Positions 47,706-63,756 of a stretch of DNA of 64,000 nt are shown one piece after another; positions within the stretch are counted from its first letter, which is position 1, and each line of letters starts with the position of its first letter. This stretch comes from a bacterium (GTDB taxonomy: Bacteria; Hinthialibacterota; Hinthialibacteria; Hinthialibacterales; Hinthialibacteraceae). The stretch is taken from the NCBI GenBank assembly GCA_963662285.2, contig CAXXMV010000001.1:32001-96000 (forward strand). The letters are read 5' to 3'. The notes under the pieces were generated by a model. The model saw nothing but the letters and a program-made list of their open reading frames with translations. It had not been told where the DNA came from and ran no database searches. The position numbers and the translations under genes are program-made.

Positions 47706-48746
47706 TTATCCCTCAAACAGTTTTTTGAAGTTTATGTCATAAGGCGGGCGGATGACTCCCTTTTCGGTTATGAAGGCGGTTACGTATTTATTAGGAGTTA
47801 CGTCGAAGGCCGGGTTGTATACATCTATACCGTCTGGAGCGGTTTGTTTGCCGAAACCGTGGGTTATTTCTTCGGGATCGCGTTCTTCTATGGGTATCTC
47901 ATCGCCGCTGGCCAGGGCCATGTCAATGGTCGAGGTGGGCAGCGCTACATAGAAGGGGATATTGTGCTCTTTGGCTAATATGGCTACGCCGTAGGTGCCG
48001 ATCTTGTTGGCTACGTCTCCATTGGAAGCGGTGCGGTCGGTGCCGACTATAACCGCCTGGACTTTACCCTTGGCCATCACTGATGCGGCCATATTGTCGC
48101 AGATCAAGGTGACGGGGATGCCCGCTTCTTGCAGTTCCCACGATGTCAGGCGGGCGCCTTGCAGCAGGGGGCGGGTTTCGTCGGCGTAGACGTGAATCTT
48201 CTTGCCGCGCTCATGAGCGATGAAAAACGGCGCTAAAGCGGTGCCGTAGCGGGTGGCGCATAGTCCACCGGCGTTGCAGTGGGTCAAGACGCCTTGTCCG
48301 TCTTGCAGCAGTTCATCGCCATATTCACCGATTTTGCGGCAAATAGCGGTATCTTCTTCAGCCATACGCTGCGCTTCAGCGAGAATGGCCTGTTTCAGTT
48401 CTGGGACGGGTAGTGAAGCGTTCTTCTTGATGAAGGTCTTCATCAAATCCAAAGCCCAGAACAGATTTACGGCGGTGGGACGCGAAGTAGCCAGATAATC
48501 AGTTGTCACTTCGACATCATTCCAAAAGGAGGTAAAATCTGCTGCTTGGGAATCTTTAATTCCCAGGTAGGTTCCGAATGCCGCAGCAATTCCGATGGCC
48601 GGAGCGCCGCGTATGCGCAGTATCTTTATCGCTTCCCACATCTCTTCTTTATTATGGATAACGCGGTATTCCGTTTTGGTTGGAAGCAATGTTTGATCGA
48701 TTATTTTGACCTGACCATCATCAACAGTTATAGTGTAAACAGACAT
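47706..48746 (-). CDS. mtnA: S-methyl-5-thioribose-1-phosphate isomerase
   Basis: IDQTLLP, IRGAPAIG, SRPTAVNLFWA, THCNAG, DETRPLLQGARLT, NKIGTY, NPAFDVTP. Confidence 0.97.
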   Translation of the reverse strand: MSVYTITVDDGQVKIIDQTLLPTKTEYRVIHNKEEMWEAIKILRIRGAPAIGIAAAFGTYLGIKDSQAADFTSFWNDVEVTTDYLATSRPTAVNLFWALDLMKTFIKKNASLPVPELKQAILAEAQRMAEEDTAICRKIGEYGDELLQDGQGVLTHCNAGGLCATRYGTALAPFFIAHERGKKIHVYADETRPLLQGARLTSWELQEAGIPVTLICDNMAASVMAKGKVQAVIVGTDRTASNGDVANKIGTYGVAILAKEHNIPFYVALPTSTIDMALASGDEIPIEERDPEEITHGFGKQTAPDGIDVYNPAFDVTPNKYVTAFITEKGVIRPPYDINFKKLFEG

Positions 48747-48793
48747 TATTGATACCTCGCTTTATAGATTCGATTGAGAAAGAGAAAATAGCA

Positions 48794-49714
48794 TTGAATT
48801 CAGCTGAAGCCAACCTTACGGGCCAAATATCGGATGTATGGGGAACCCTATACTCCCGCAATGGCCTGACGCGTTTTATGAAATCTGAGGGATTTTTCAT
48901 GTCGCGCTCTCTCGGACAGAATTTCCTGATTAATAAAAAAGTTCTCAATTCTTTCCTGGAAAAGTCTGATTTTCCCACTGAGGGAACAGTTATCGAAATC
49001 GGTCCGGGCATCGGCAATCTTACCTGGCTTTTGTTAGAACGTGGATTGAAAGTCGTTGCGGTGGAAAAGGATAATATGTTCGCCGAACGAATGCCAAATT
49101 GGGTTAAACAGTGGGGATTCGATGAATCTCAACTTGATATTCTGCATCAGGACGCGCTCGAAACAGATTTTAAGGAGTTAGCGGAAACTCATGACGCCAA
49201 GCATGTCATCGGCAACCTGCCCTATAACGTCTCGGTTCCCATATTGTTTCATCTGGCGTATAGCGGTGCTAGGTTCGATTCAATCTGCGTAATGGTGCAA
49301 AGGGAAGTTGGCGATCGAATTCTTTCCGTGCAAGGCTGCAAGAGTTACGGGCGGCTTTCGGTGGTTTTGAAATATCTGTTCGATATCAAAAAGGTGATGA
49401 TCATCAATCCCGGCGCTTTTTATCCCCAGCCCAAGGTTGATTCGGTTTTTCTGAAATTCGTCCCCAGGGCTGATGCGGATGTGGGATTCGCCAAGGATTT
49501 TCTAGAGCGCGTCGCCCAAATCGGTTTTATGCACCGGCGTAAAAAAATCCGCAAAAACCTTAAGGGATGCATCGTACAGAAAAGGGTGTTCCAAGATGAA
49601 ATGATGGAAAAACTGGAGGCTGCTTTCGATCTGGATAGCCGCGCTGAAGATTGGCCGTTGAAAGACTGGATTCGCTTTGCTACTTTTATCCGCGATTGCG
49701 AGCCAGATCAATAG
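48794..49714 (+). CDS. rsmA: 16S rRNA m6,2A1518/1519 dimethyltransferase
   Basis: LGQNFL, IEIGPGIG, GNLPYNVS, MVQREV, YGRLSV, PKVDS; start uncertain (TTG 48794 chosen). Confidence 0.93.
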   Translation: MNSAEANLTGQISDVWGTLYSRNGLTRFMKSEGFFMSRSLGQNFLINKKVLNSFLEKSDFPTEGTVIEIGPGIGNLTWLLLERGLKVVAVEKDNMFAERMPNWVKQWGFDESQLDILHQDALETDFKELAETHDAKHVIGNLPYNVSVPILFHLAYSGARFDSICVMVQREVGDRILSVQGCKSYGRLSVVLKYLFDIKKVMIINPGAFYPQPKVDSVFLKFVPRADADVGFAKDFLERVAQIGFMHRRKKIRKNLKGCIVQKRVFQDEMMEKLEAAFDLDSRAEDWPLKDWIRFATFIRDCEPDQ

Positions 49715-49728
49715 TGAGATAGGAGTGG

Positions 49729-55533
<5,805 letters not shown>

Positions 55534-55551
55534 TAGCAGGAGCTTTTGAGA

Positions 55552-56397
55552 ATGACGAAACGTGAGATAACTATAGGACACAGCCCGGACGCAGATGACG
55601 CCTTTATGTTTTATGCATTGGCCAATGATAAGATTGATCCGGGACCGTTTTCTTTCAAACATATATTATTGGATATTGAAACGCTGAATCATAAAGCTGC
55701 GGTGGGAGAGTTGGATATCACTGCAATTTCGGTTCATGCCTATTCTTATGTACATCACCGTTATGCGTTGTTGACTGCTGGCAGCAGTATGGGCGAGGAA
55801 TACGGCCCCATGGTGGTGGCCCGCGAACCGATGAGCATTGATGAGGTTAAAAAGAAGACTATCGCCGTTCCAGGCAAGATGACGTCCGCCTTTTTAGGGC
55901 TTAATCTGGCTATTGGCGAGTTTGATTATGACGTCACGCCCTTCGATCAGATTATCCCCGCTGTTGTTGATGGGCGGGTAGACGCCGGGCTGATTATCCA
56001 TGAAGGCCAGTTATTTTACGGCGACAAAGGATTGCATAAAATCCTTGACCTGGGTGAATGGTGGGCTAAAGAGAACGCCGGGCTTCCGCTGCCGCTAGGT
56101 TCTAATGCCATCCGCAAAGATTTAGGCGACGATTTGATTGCCGAGTTAGCGCCTTATATGAGAAAGACTATTGAATACAGCCTGACTCACCGTGAAGAAG
56201 CTCTGGCCTACGCCATGAAATTCAGCCGTGACCTGCCCACCGAAAAGGCGGATAAATTCGTGGGGATGTATGTCAATGATCTAACCTTACATCTGGGCGA
56301 CAACGGCAAAAAAGCCTACCAACTTTTCCTTGATAAAGGATACGACGCCGGTCTGATACCAAATAAGGTAGAGTTGGAATTTGTTGATTGTGGATAA
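55552..56397 (+). CDS. mqnD: 1,4-dihydroxy-6-naphthoate synthase (futalosine menaquinone pathway)
   Basis: GHSPDADDAFMFYAL, DIETLN, SMGEEYGP, LIIHEGQL, LPLPLG, GMYVN. Confidence 0.92.
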   Translation: MTKREITIGHSPDADDAFMFYALANDKIDPGPFSFKHILLDIETLNHKAAVGELDITAISVHAYSYVHHRYALLTAGSSMGEEYGPMVVAREPMSIDEVKKKTIAVPGKMTSAFLGLNLAIGEFDYDVTPFDQIIPAVVDGRVDAGLIIHEGQLFYGDKGLHKILDLGEWWAKENAGLPLPLGSNAIRKDLGDDLIAELAPYMRKTIEYSLTHREEALAYAMKFSRDLPTEKADKFVGMYVNDLTLHLGDNGKKAYQLFLDKGYDAGLIPNKVELEFVDCG

Positions 56398-56435
56398 ATC
56401 AGGGGGAGTGGTTTGATGTCGGGAGTGGATTTTTG

Positions 56436-56503
56436 ATGGGTCGGTGAAGCGCTGACCCATCCTACGCTTGGGTGGTTACACATCCTTCCCGTGGGGAGAG
56501 GGG
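56436..56503. repeat. REP-like palindromes between convergent genes
   Basis: atgggtcggtgaagcgctgacccatcctac resembles the REP half of 6200-6293. Confidence 0.7.
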
Positions 56504-56559
56504 ACGAGTGCGCATGATATATTGAGTTGGCCAGAATACCAGTATTCTGGAATACTCTT

Positions 56560-59500
56560 TTATGCATTCAGTATTTGACGGATTTTTGTGGCGATTTCTA
56601 TGTGGGTAAAGGGTTTTTGCAGCAAGTTCATTCCTTCATCCAGGATGCCATGATGCGCAATCAGATCGTCGGTGTAGCCGGATATAAAAAGGACTTTTGC
56701 TTTTGGATTCCTGGCGAGGACGTGATCGGATAATTCTTTACCGCTCATCCCGGGCATAATCACATCGGTGAGCAATAAATCAATTGAGTCATGGAACTGT
56801 TCGAACATGTTTAAACCCATTATGCCATCGTTTGCTACATGAACTATATAACCATATTTATTCAATGTCTTGATAGTCAGGTTTCTGACTAATTGATCAT
56901 CCTCAACCAGTAGTATAGTCTCTGAACCTTGCAGAGATTCGATGGTGATATCCGGTTTAATCATTACCTGCGGCTTCTCGTAAACGCGCGGGAAATATAG
57001 TTTGAAGGTGGTTCCTTTATTTAATTCACTGTATAACCAGATGCATCCATCGCTTTGTTTAACAATACCGTACACGGTAGAAAGTCCGAGACCCGTACCT
57101 TTACTGCGTTCTTTGGTTGTAAAAAATGGTTCGTAAATTCTTTCCTGGGTTTTTTTATCAATCCCGACGCCGGTATCGCTTACAGAAATCATGATGTAAT
57201 CACCGGGTTTTAGTTCTGGATGATGTTCAGTGTATTCATAATCTAATGATACATTAGCGGTTTCGATAATTAGTTTCCCGCCTTTGGGCATGGCGTCGCG
57301 CGCGTTGACTGACAAATTCAAAATTACTTGCTCGATTTGCCCCGGATCAGCTTTTACAATCCCTTCTTCTGAAGATAACCTGGTGATTAAGCGTACATCT
57401 TCTCCAATCAAGCGTTGCAGCATTTTTTCCATATCGCCAATATATTCATTGATTGACATCAACTTAGGCTGCAACACTTGTTTACGGCTGAATGCCAATA
57501 GTTGACGGGTTAAAGACCTGGCTCGCTGCGCTGCTTTTATTATCTGTTCTACATCATCGCGCGTTTGAGGGGGAAGGTTTTCTTCCATTAAAATAAAATC
57601 TGAATGCCCGATAATGGCCAAAATCAGATTATTGAAATCATGAGAGATGCCGCCGGCCAGTTTACCTATAGCTTCCATTTTTTGCGATTGACGTAATTGA
57701 TCCTGAAGATTTTCCAGATCAATCATGTCTTGTTGGAGTTTTTTATTGGCTTGTTGTATTTCTTTAGTGCGTTTACTGACAACATCTTCCAAACCGCTGG
57801 CGTATTTTGCCAGTTTGATCCTTGCTGACAAGGCGATAATAGCGGACGAGCAGACAGTTAAAAATATTAAAATGGTGACGGGCCAAAACCACACGCGATT
57901 CTGCAAAGGTATGGGTGGAATACTAAAACTGAATACTGCGGGAGAAGGATCAACATTCCCATTTCGGTCAACAGCCTTAACTTCTAATTGATGGGCGCCT
58001 ACTTCAAGCCCGGTGGCGGATGCGATGGTATCCGGTGAATATGACGACCATGGGCCATTATTAAACCGGTATGAGAATAATAATCGCTCGTCTCTGGTGT
58101 ATTTCCATTGATCCTTGCCTGTGAAGGAGAAATGCACCTCTCCGCCCGGCATAGCATTTTCTGCATTAATTTCCGGCGGAATATAGGTTTGTGGAGGATA
58201 GGGATCGGCCTCCGGGTGGTATTGGTATACTGATCCACCAGCCAGCGCCCATAACCTGTTGGAGGAATCTTCTATGACCTGATTAATTATTTTGTCGGGG
58301 AGACCTTCATCCGCCGAATGGGTAATCCAACTGTTTTTATAATAACGATGTAAATTTTTGCCAGATGCCACCCATATTCTGTCTTGGCTGTCTTTAATCA
58401 TGGAATTAATTCGTTCTTTAGCAGGAGAACTCTGAATTTTAGTCCACTTATCTCTATTATATTGCTGAATTATCCCTGTGCCTCCGATCCATACATTGTA
58501 ATCATCCACCTTAAGCGCGGTTATAGTATCTTTCCCCAAATAACCATCTTCTTCAGAAAATATCCGGTTTTCGCCTTTATCATGAAAGGCGACGCCTTCG
58601 GTGCTGCAAATCCAATATTGTTGATTGCCTAATGACAAAACATAGCGTATCCGGAGAAATTTTCTTGAAAAAACGTTGTCTATCAGCGGTTTAAAATCAA
58701 GGCCGTAAAATACACTATGTTGGTATTTTGAATCTGCATCATTCTCAATCCACACCAGGCCATCTTCTTCGGGGAAAACTTTCAGAATGTTCTTATTTTC
58801 AGGAATAGGAGCAAACTGATATTGCATATCTTCTTTGGTATCATAAAGACAAAGACGTTTTTCTGCGGAATAATTGTCGATAACAACAACAGCCAGTTGG
58901 TTATCAGATAATGAGGCAATCGAATTGTAAAAATGATAGTTTTCGGGAGGAAGATATTCAGAAAAACTATTATTATGAAAACGAAACAACTTTTCTTGCG
59001 CTAAAAACCAAAGGTTGTGCTTTGCATCCTCATAAATCGACATTATTTCATCATTAACAGAACGAAAATAATCATTCTCCTGCCATAGAGGAGGCGACCA
59101 TTTCAACACTCCATTCGCGGTTGCAACCCAGAATGTACCATCCCTAGAGTTCAACAAAGGTTTTGAAATAGCTTTTAATTCAAAAGGCATGTCATAATTA
59201 AATGAAGAATCCTTGATCTTAGTAAACACTGAATTATTTTTCAGCAACCAAATACTATGATCCGGGGTTTGCCATCCGTATTCAAGAATTTCATCATCGA
59301 TTTGGTATATAACGTTCCATTTATCTTTGTCAAATTCTAAAAGAACATACTTATCTTTATCATTTTCACCTATAACAAAAAAATGGTCAGAATCGCTGAT
59401 TAGTAAATTATGAAGCATGGATAATCCACTGGTTTGATCAAGAAGATAAACAGTTAATGTGATGCGGTTCGAGGTTAAATCGGTAAGATCGGTTTTAGCG

Positions 59501-60096
59501 ATTCCATTGTTTCCTACTATCCATATATTACTATCTGGAGTCCTATGAATTTCATGCAAACCACCCAAGGCATCAGGCGCATCGTTTTGTATGATAGTTG
59601 TTGATTTTGTATTAGCGTCGTATCGATAAATATGATTATTTTGAAGATAGAGTAATTGGTTGTTTCCAATGGGAACAAAAGGTAAGTTATGTTTATTATT
59701 GTCAAAGGATGATTCGATATTATCATCACGATATGGAATCCATGAGTTATCACTGAATTTCTGGAAACCGATTATAAATCTTTTGGTATCATCCCATAAA
59801 AGAGACCATAGGATTCCTGAAGCATCATCAATAATAGCAGCCCAATGCCCCGGGCTGGGGATATTCTCTACATCATAATCCTTTATTAGAGTTGATTTAT
59901 CAACATGACCATGGTTCAGCAAAATAGAACCATCTTTGCCTTGATAAATCTGCATAGTCCACGATTCGCCTAAATTGTCCTGGGCGTTCCATAACCTCCA
60001 CTCAACCAGATTTTCAGAAAAAGCAGATAATGATACAAACAGCAAAGCAATTATGCAGTAGAAGATGATTGTTTTATTTTTTTTTCTCATAGTCAT
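56560..60096 (-). CDS. hybrid sensor histidine kinase/response regulator with extracellular beta-propeller and Y_Y_Y-type domain
   Basis: DSQDRIWVA repeats, VKAVDRNGN, TM, GGISHDFNN, NARDAM, GTGLGL, C-terminal REC (LVEDD, TDVIMP, KPF). Confidence 0.93.
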   Translation of the reverse strand: MTMRKKNKTIIFYCIIALLFVSLSAFSENLVEWRLWNAQDNLGESWTMQIYQGKDGSILLNHGHVDKSTLIKDYDVENIPSPGHWAAIIDDASGILWSLLWDDTKRFIIGFQKFSDNSWIPYRDDNIESSFDNNKHNLPFVPIGNNQLLYLQNNHIYRYDANTKSTTIIQNDAPDALGGLHEIHRTPDSNIWIVGNNGIAKTDLTDLTSNRITLTVYLLDQTSGLSMLHNLLISDSDHFFVIGENDKDKYVLLEFDKDKWNVIYQIDDEILEYGWQTPDHSIWLLKNNSVFTKIKDSSFNYDMPFELKAISKPLLNSRDGTFWVATANGVLKWSPPLWQENDYFRSVNDEIMSIYEDAKHNLWFLAQEKLFRFHNNSFSEYLPPENYHFYNSIASLSDNQLAVVVIDNYSAEKRLCLYDTKEDMQYQFAPIPENKNILKVFPEEDGLVWIENDADSKYQHSVFYGLDFKPLIDNVFSRKFLRIRYVLSLGNQQYWICSTEGVAFHDKGENRIFSEEDGYLGKDTITALKVDDYNVWIGGTGIIQQYNRDKWTKIQSSPAKERINSMIKDSQDRIWVASGKNLHRYYKNSWITHSADEGLPDKIINQVIEDSSNRLWALAGGSVYQYHPEADPYPPQTYIPPEINAENAMPGGEVHFSFTGKDQWKYTRDERLLFSYRFNNGPWSSYSPDTIASATGLEVGAHQLEVKAVDRNGNVDPSPAVFSFSIPPIPLQNRVWFWPVTILIFLTVCSSAIIALSARIKLAKYASGLEDVVSKRTKEIQQANKKLQQDMIDLENLQDQLRQSQKMEAIGKLAGGISHDFNNLILAIIGHSDFILMEENLPPQTRDDVEQIIKAAQRARSLTRQLLAFSRKQVLQPKLMSINEYIGDMEKMLQRLIGEDVRLITRLSSEEGIVKADPGQIEQVILNLSVNARDAMPKGGKLIIETANVSLDYEYTEHHPELKPGDYIMISVSDTGVGIDKKTQERIYEPFFTTKERSKGTGLGLSTVYGIVKQSDGCIWLYSELNKGTTFKLYFPRVYEKPQVMIKPDITIESLQGSETILLVEDDQLVRNLTIKTLNKYGYIVHVANDGIMGLNMFEQFHDSIDLLLTDVIMPGMSGKELSDHVLARNPKAKVLFISGYTDDLIAHHGILDEGMNLLQKPFTHIEIATKIRQILNA

Positions 60097-60224
60097 ACTT
60101 TTAATTTAAATAAAAAAACAAAAAAACGATTGTATACCATTGTTTGATAGTTTATAATCTACTTGTTTTACTTGAATAAAGCAACACAAATCCAGTGAAT
60201 TAACAAAACAAAAGGAGGATTTTC

Positions 60225-60560
60225 ATGGCTGCTAAAATCACTAAATCGTTTGTCCTGAAAGATCTCATAATTTTCGACGAGGGGAAAAAGTTTGTTATAG
60301 ATAAGCTTGAAATTGCGGAATCGGGTGAATTGGTCGGTATTTTGAAAAAAGATAAACATGAAGGCCCAATTCCCAAGACCGTAAACCGCATGGAAATTTC
60401 AGTCGAAGTTAGAGAGGATAATTTAATCCAAAAGACGCATAAATTCGTTGGACACAGTGATACGAATTTTGAAAAAGCAGAGGTATTTCCTGAGATTCAT
60501 CATTACGGCATATCATCAATATCGAATTACATGGTAGTACTGCCATCAAAGAAAAAATAG
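60225..60560 (+). CDS. hypothetical protein
   Basis: Strong RBS AAGGAGG; followed by a terminator. Confidence 0.75.
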   Translation: MAAKITKSFVLKDLIIFDEGKKFVIDKLEIAESGELVGILKKDKHEGPIPKTVNRMEISVEVREDNLIQKTHKFVGHSDTNFEKAEVFPEIHHYGISSISNYMVVLPSKKK

Positions 60561-60572
60561 AACAAGTTATAT

Positions 60573-60639
60573 CTGTCCAACGAAAACTGAAATATGCAAT
60601 ATATACTTGTATTTCATTAGTAGTTGGACAGTTTTTTTT
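60573..60639 (+). terminator. intrinsic terminator-like long hairpin
   Basis: ctgtccaac...gttggacag followed by T8. Confidence 0.65.
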
Positions 60640-60775
60640 AGTAAAATTTCAGTTCCCGCAATTTGATTTAAGAAAACCAGATAAGATCATATTATTAGTC
60701 ATATGTTGATTAAATAGAAATGGGGAATTGCGTCTATTATTACGCGTTTTTCCAGCAATGTCTCTTAAACATTTT

Positions 60776-60960
60776 GTAACAGGTCAGCCATATGAAGCAG
60801 TAACACTATAACTATGTTTTATACAAGGCTTTTTTATTAAAATTCTCCCTCCAAGTTTGGGGGGAGTTAGAGGGGGGTTGCGTTTCAACGAATCGACCCC
60901 CACCTAACCTCCCCCAGGCTTGGGGGAGGGATAACGCACTTCAATTGGCTGACCAGTTAT
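60776..60960. mobile_element. MITE (185 bp) with 22-bp terminal inverted repeats and 8-bp target-site duplication
   Basis: TIRs GTAACAGGTCAGCCATATGAAG and ATAACTGGTCAGCCAATTGAAG (18/22); AACATTTT at 60768-60775 and 60961-60968. Confidence 0.8.
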
Positions 60961-60994
60961 AACATTTTTTAGAGTAAATTCAGGAATATTATCA

Positions 60995-61909
60995 ATGATA
61001 TCAAAAGGTATTGCATATATCGTCGATCAGAAATATGAGGAAATGTTGTATGTCTCATTGCTTAGTTTGTTGGATAAGGGAAATATAAAAGGGACTATCC
61101 CTATCATAGTATATTCATTCGGTTTTTCCGAAGAATATGAAGATAAAATCAAAGATTTGAATTATGTTGATATTCTTGATATTAATAAAATTACTGAAGT
61201 CTCTTATACTAACATTGATCCGCATCATCGGCAGCGTATTATCAAAACTCTGGTTTTCGATGATCTCTCGCCATTTGATATAACATTGTTGCTTGACGCC
61301 GATACCATAATTTTGAATGACATTAATGGAATTTTCCATAATCTGGAAAAGTCAGGATGCAGTTTCGCCGCAGTACCTGAAATCAAGCCTTCTCATGAAG
61401 ATTCGTTGTTTTTTTTCATCAAAAAATATAAAAGGAAAGATTTCGAAGTCGTCTCCAGGAAAGTATCAGAAATTTTAGGCCTTACCTTCCCCGATGATAT
61501 TAATATTCCCTATTTTAATGGCGGCGTACTATGCGCATATAAAGGCGATTGGAGCCGTGAATGGAGAGAGATTATTCTGCGGTCGCAACTGGCGCCAGAG
61601 GTGGAGATACGCGACGATCAGCTTCCATTACAGGCTGCATTGATCAATACCGAAACCAAAGTACTAACCCTTAATCCAACCTGGAATTTCAGTTTTTTCA
61701 CCAGCCTTGAATCCAATGGCCACTGGTGGAATATAATGGATTTATTTGATAGCAAAGCGCCAATGCAATCGACTTCGGGTGATATCGAACCTCTACGCAT
61801 CCTCCACGCTATCGGGGGAAAGTTATGGACAATACCGTTTATCCGGTTCCCGGCCAATAAGTTGTATCTTGATTACATGATGTCGATTATATACAAAAAA
61901 GAGAATTAA
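60995..61909 (+). CDS. glycosyltransferase family 8
   Basis: VSLLSL, LLLDADT (DxD), YFNGGV, DDQ, WN, ILHAIGGKLW. Confidence 0.85.
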   Translation: MISKGIAYIVDQKYEEMLYVSLLSLLDKGNIKGTIPIIVYSFGFSEEYEDKIKDLNYVDILDINKITEVSYTNIDPHHRQRIIKTLVFDDLSPFDITLLLDADTIILNDINGIFHNLEKSGCSFAAVPEIKPSHEDSLFFFIKKYKRKDFEVVSRKVSEILGLTFPDDINIPYFNGGVLCAYKGDWSREWREIILRSQLAPEVEIRDDQLPLQAALINTETKVLTLNPTWNFSFFTSLESNGHWWNIMDLFDSKAPMQSTSGDIEPLRILHAIGGKLWTIPFIRFPANKLYLDYMMSIIYKKEN

Positions 61910-61921
61910 AGGCAGCCTATT

Positions 61922-63115
61922 ATGCCCAATCATAATAATTTATGTTTTGCCGCAAAACCCCGCTTACATATTCTTGGCATTGCCCATACCCGTTTCACAG
62001 ATGAGTACTCCAATTGTTCATTCACTTCACTCACCCGCCGTTTTTGCAATATGATGCATGCAAATGGATACGAAGTATTTGTGTATGGAACTTCGGGCGG
62101 GCATTTGGAATGTACTGAATTTGTTGAATGCCTTGAAAAGAATGAATTCGAACGTTATTTCTATCAAAAAAAATCTGATTCTGAAAATCATTCATCAGGA
62201 AACCTGATTCAAGAAGGCTGGGCTTTATTTAATGAGAATTGCGAAACAGAGTTAAAACGCAGAATTCAAAAAAACGATATTGTCATAATTCATTTTGAAG
62301 ATTCTCAAAAATTCGCCTTTGACATACCTGAAGCAATAACCGTTGATGCGCACTATGGAATGATGAAACCGAAATATACCGTCTACCCCTCAAAAACATG
62401 GCGTTCTTATATGTATGGCTTGTCAATTCATAACACTATGCTTGAGAAAGTTGCACCTCCTTATTGGAATGATGTGGTTATATATCATTACCTCGATCTG
62501 GAGAGTTTCCCTCACCAGGAGCAAAAAGAAGATTACGCCGTCTTCCTGGGAAAAATCGTCACTACCAAGGGAGTATATGACGTCATACGTCTGTGCCAGG
62601 AGAAAGGGGTTAAATTAAAAATCGCTGGAAGCATAAACCAGGATATTGAAGAAGATTTATTTAAATACTTAAAAGAACATCCTACTGCTGAATATATGGG
62701 AGTACTGGATGCTAACCAGCGCACTCAATTGATTGGTAAAGCAAAATGCTTGTTTTGCCCGACTTACCACCTGGAGCCATTCGGTTTAATCGCCATTGAA
62801 GCCATGGCTACGGGAACGCCCGTTATTGCCACCGATTGGGGAGGCTTTTCTGAAACAGTGATACATGGCAAAACCGGTTTTTTGATTTCTCATTATTCAG
62901 ATTTGGGAAATGCGCTGGATAACATCGACCGAATCTCTCCCCATGACTGCAGGAAATGGATTGAAGCCAATTTTACAACCGGGATTGCTTTTGAATATTA
63001 CGACAGATTCTTTAAGCGGATCATGGCCATAGAATCATCCCAGGGGAATAGTTGGTATACTGCGAAATTCATTGGTGATGGGCCGATATCTCAGGTTTTG
63101 GTGCATCCCTGGTAA
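61922..63115 (+). CDS. glycosyltransferase family 4 (GT-B)
   Basis: FLGKIVTTKG, EPFGLIAIEAMATGTPVI, ETVIHGKTGF. Confidence 0.9.
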   Translation: MPNHNNLCFAAKPRLHILGIAHTRFTDEYSNCSFTSLTRRFCNMMHANGYEVFVYGTSGGHLECTEFVECLEKNEFERYFYQKKSDSENHSSGNLIQEGWALFNENCETELKRRIQKNDIVIIHFEDSQKFAFDIPEAITVDAHYGMMKPKYTVYPSKTWRSYMYGLSIHNTMLEKVAPPYWNDVVIYHYLDLESFPHQEQKEDYAVFLGKIVTTKGVYDVIRLCQEKGVKLKIAGSINQDIEEDLFKYLKEHPTAEYMGVLDANQRTQLIGKAKCLFCPTYHLEPFGLIAIEAMATGTPVIATDWGGFSETVIHGKTGFLISHYSDLGNALDNIDRISPHDCRKWIEANFTTGIAFEYYDRFFKRIMAIESSQGNSWYTAKFIGDGPISQVLVHPW

Positions 63116-63261
63116 GCGATAGACTGCATTAATTGTATATAACAAAAATAGGAGGGATGCACTGATGGAAATCTTGATGAGTGAAGGTAAATCTGAATGC
63201 CCGTAAAATATAGATGACGCAAAGCGAAACGCGCCCCATCGCATCTCTACTCGCGCAACCC

Positions 63262-63603
63262 CTACGACAAATCCTCCAAAGTAATATCTTCAATTTCGGG
63301 TGATATATTAACTTGAAGTGATTCATATAGACTCAGAATCCCGGTTTGAAGATGCATGGCCGCTTCGCATAGGGGAGAGCAAATTTCGCCGGTGGGATCA
63401 TGTTCACGGGCCAGTTCAATCGATTCTTCGATTCTTTCCAGCGCGGTTTTACCTGTCTTAAATGTTATTAATAAAGAATTTATATAATGAAACTTAAATT
63501 CAGAATCAGGATCTTCATCAGAAACTGTATTTAGAATAACTTTCACTTCATTAATCAGACCAACCAACACTCCATCTCGAATAAATCTCTTATGCGCCAT
63601 CAT
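63262..63603 (-). CDS. hypothetical protein
   Basis: RBS GGAG, 113-aa ORF; its stop overlaps the GTAG of a REP-like element. Confidence 0.6.
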   Translation of the reverse strand: MMAHKRFIRDGVLVGLINEVKVILNTVSDEDPDSEFKFHYINSLLITFKTGKTALERIEESIELAREHDPTGEICSPLCEAAMHLQTGILSLYESLQVNISPEIEDITLEDLS

Positions 63604-63756
63604 CTAACTCCAAAATAAAATTTATTACTACAATTTAGTATACTTGGAGATTTTTAAAATATACAAGTATTTTAGTGATTCATTAATTTTTCATCTTGAG
63701 GATAGGTATAATAAATAGTGGGCTGCAAGCGAAACGCTATACAGCCCACTGAAATA

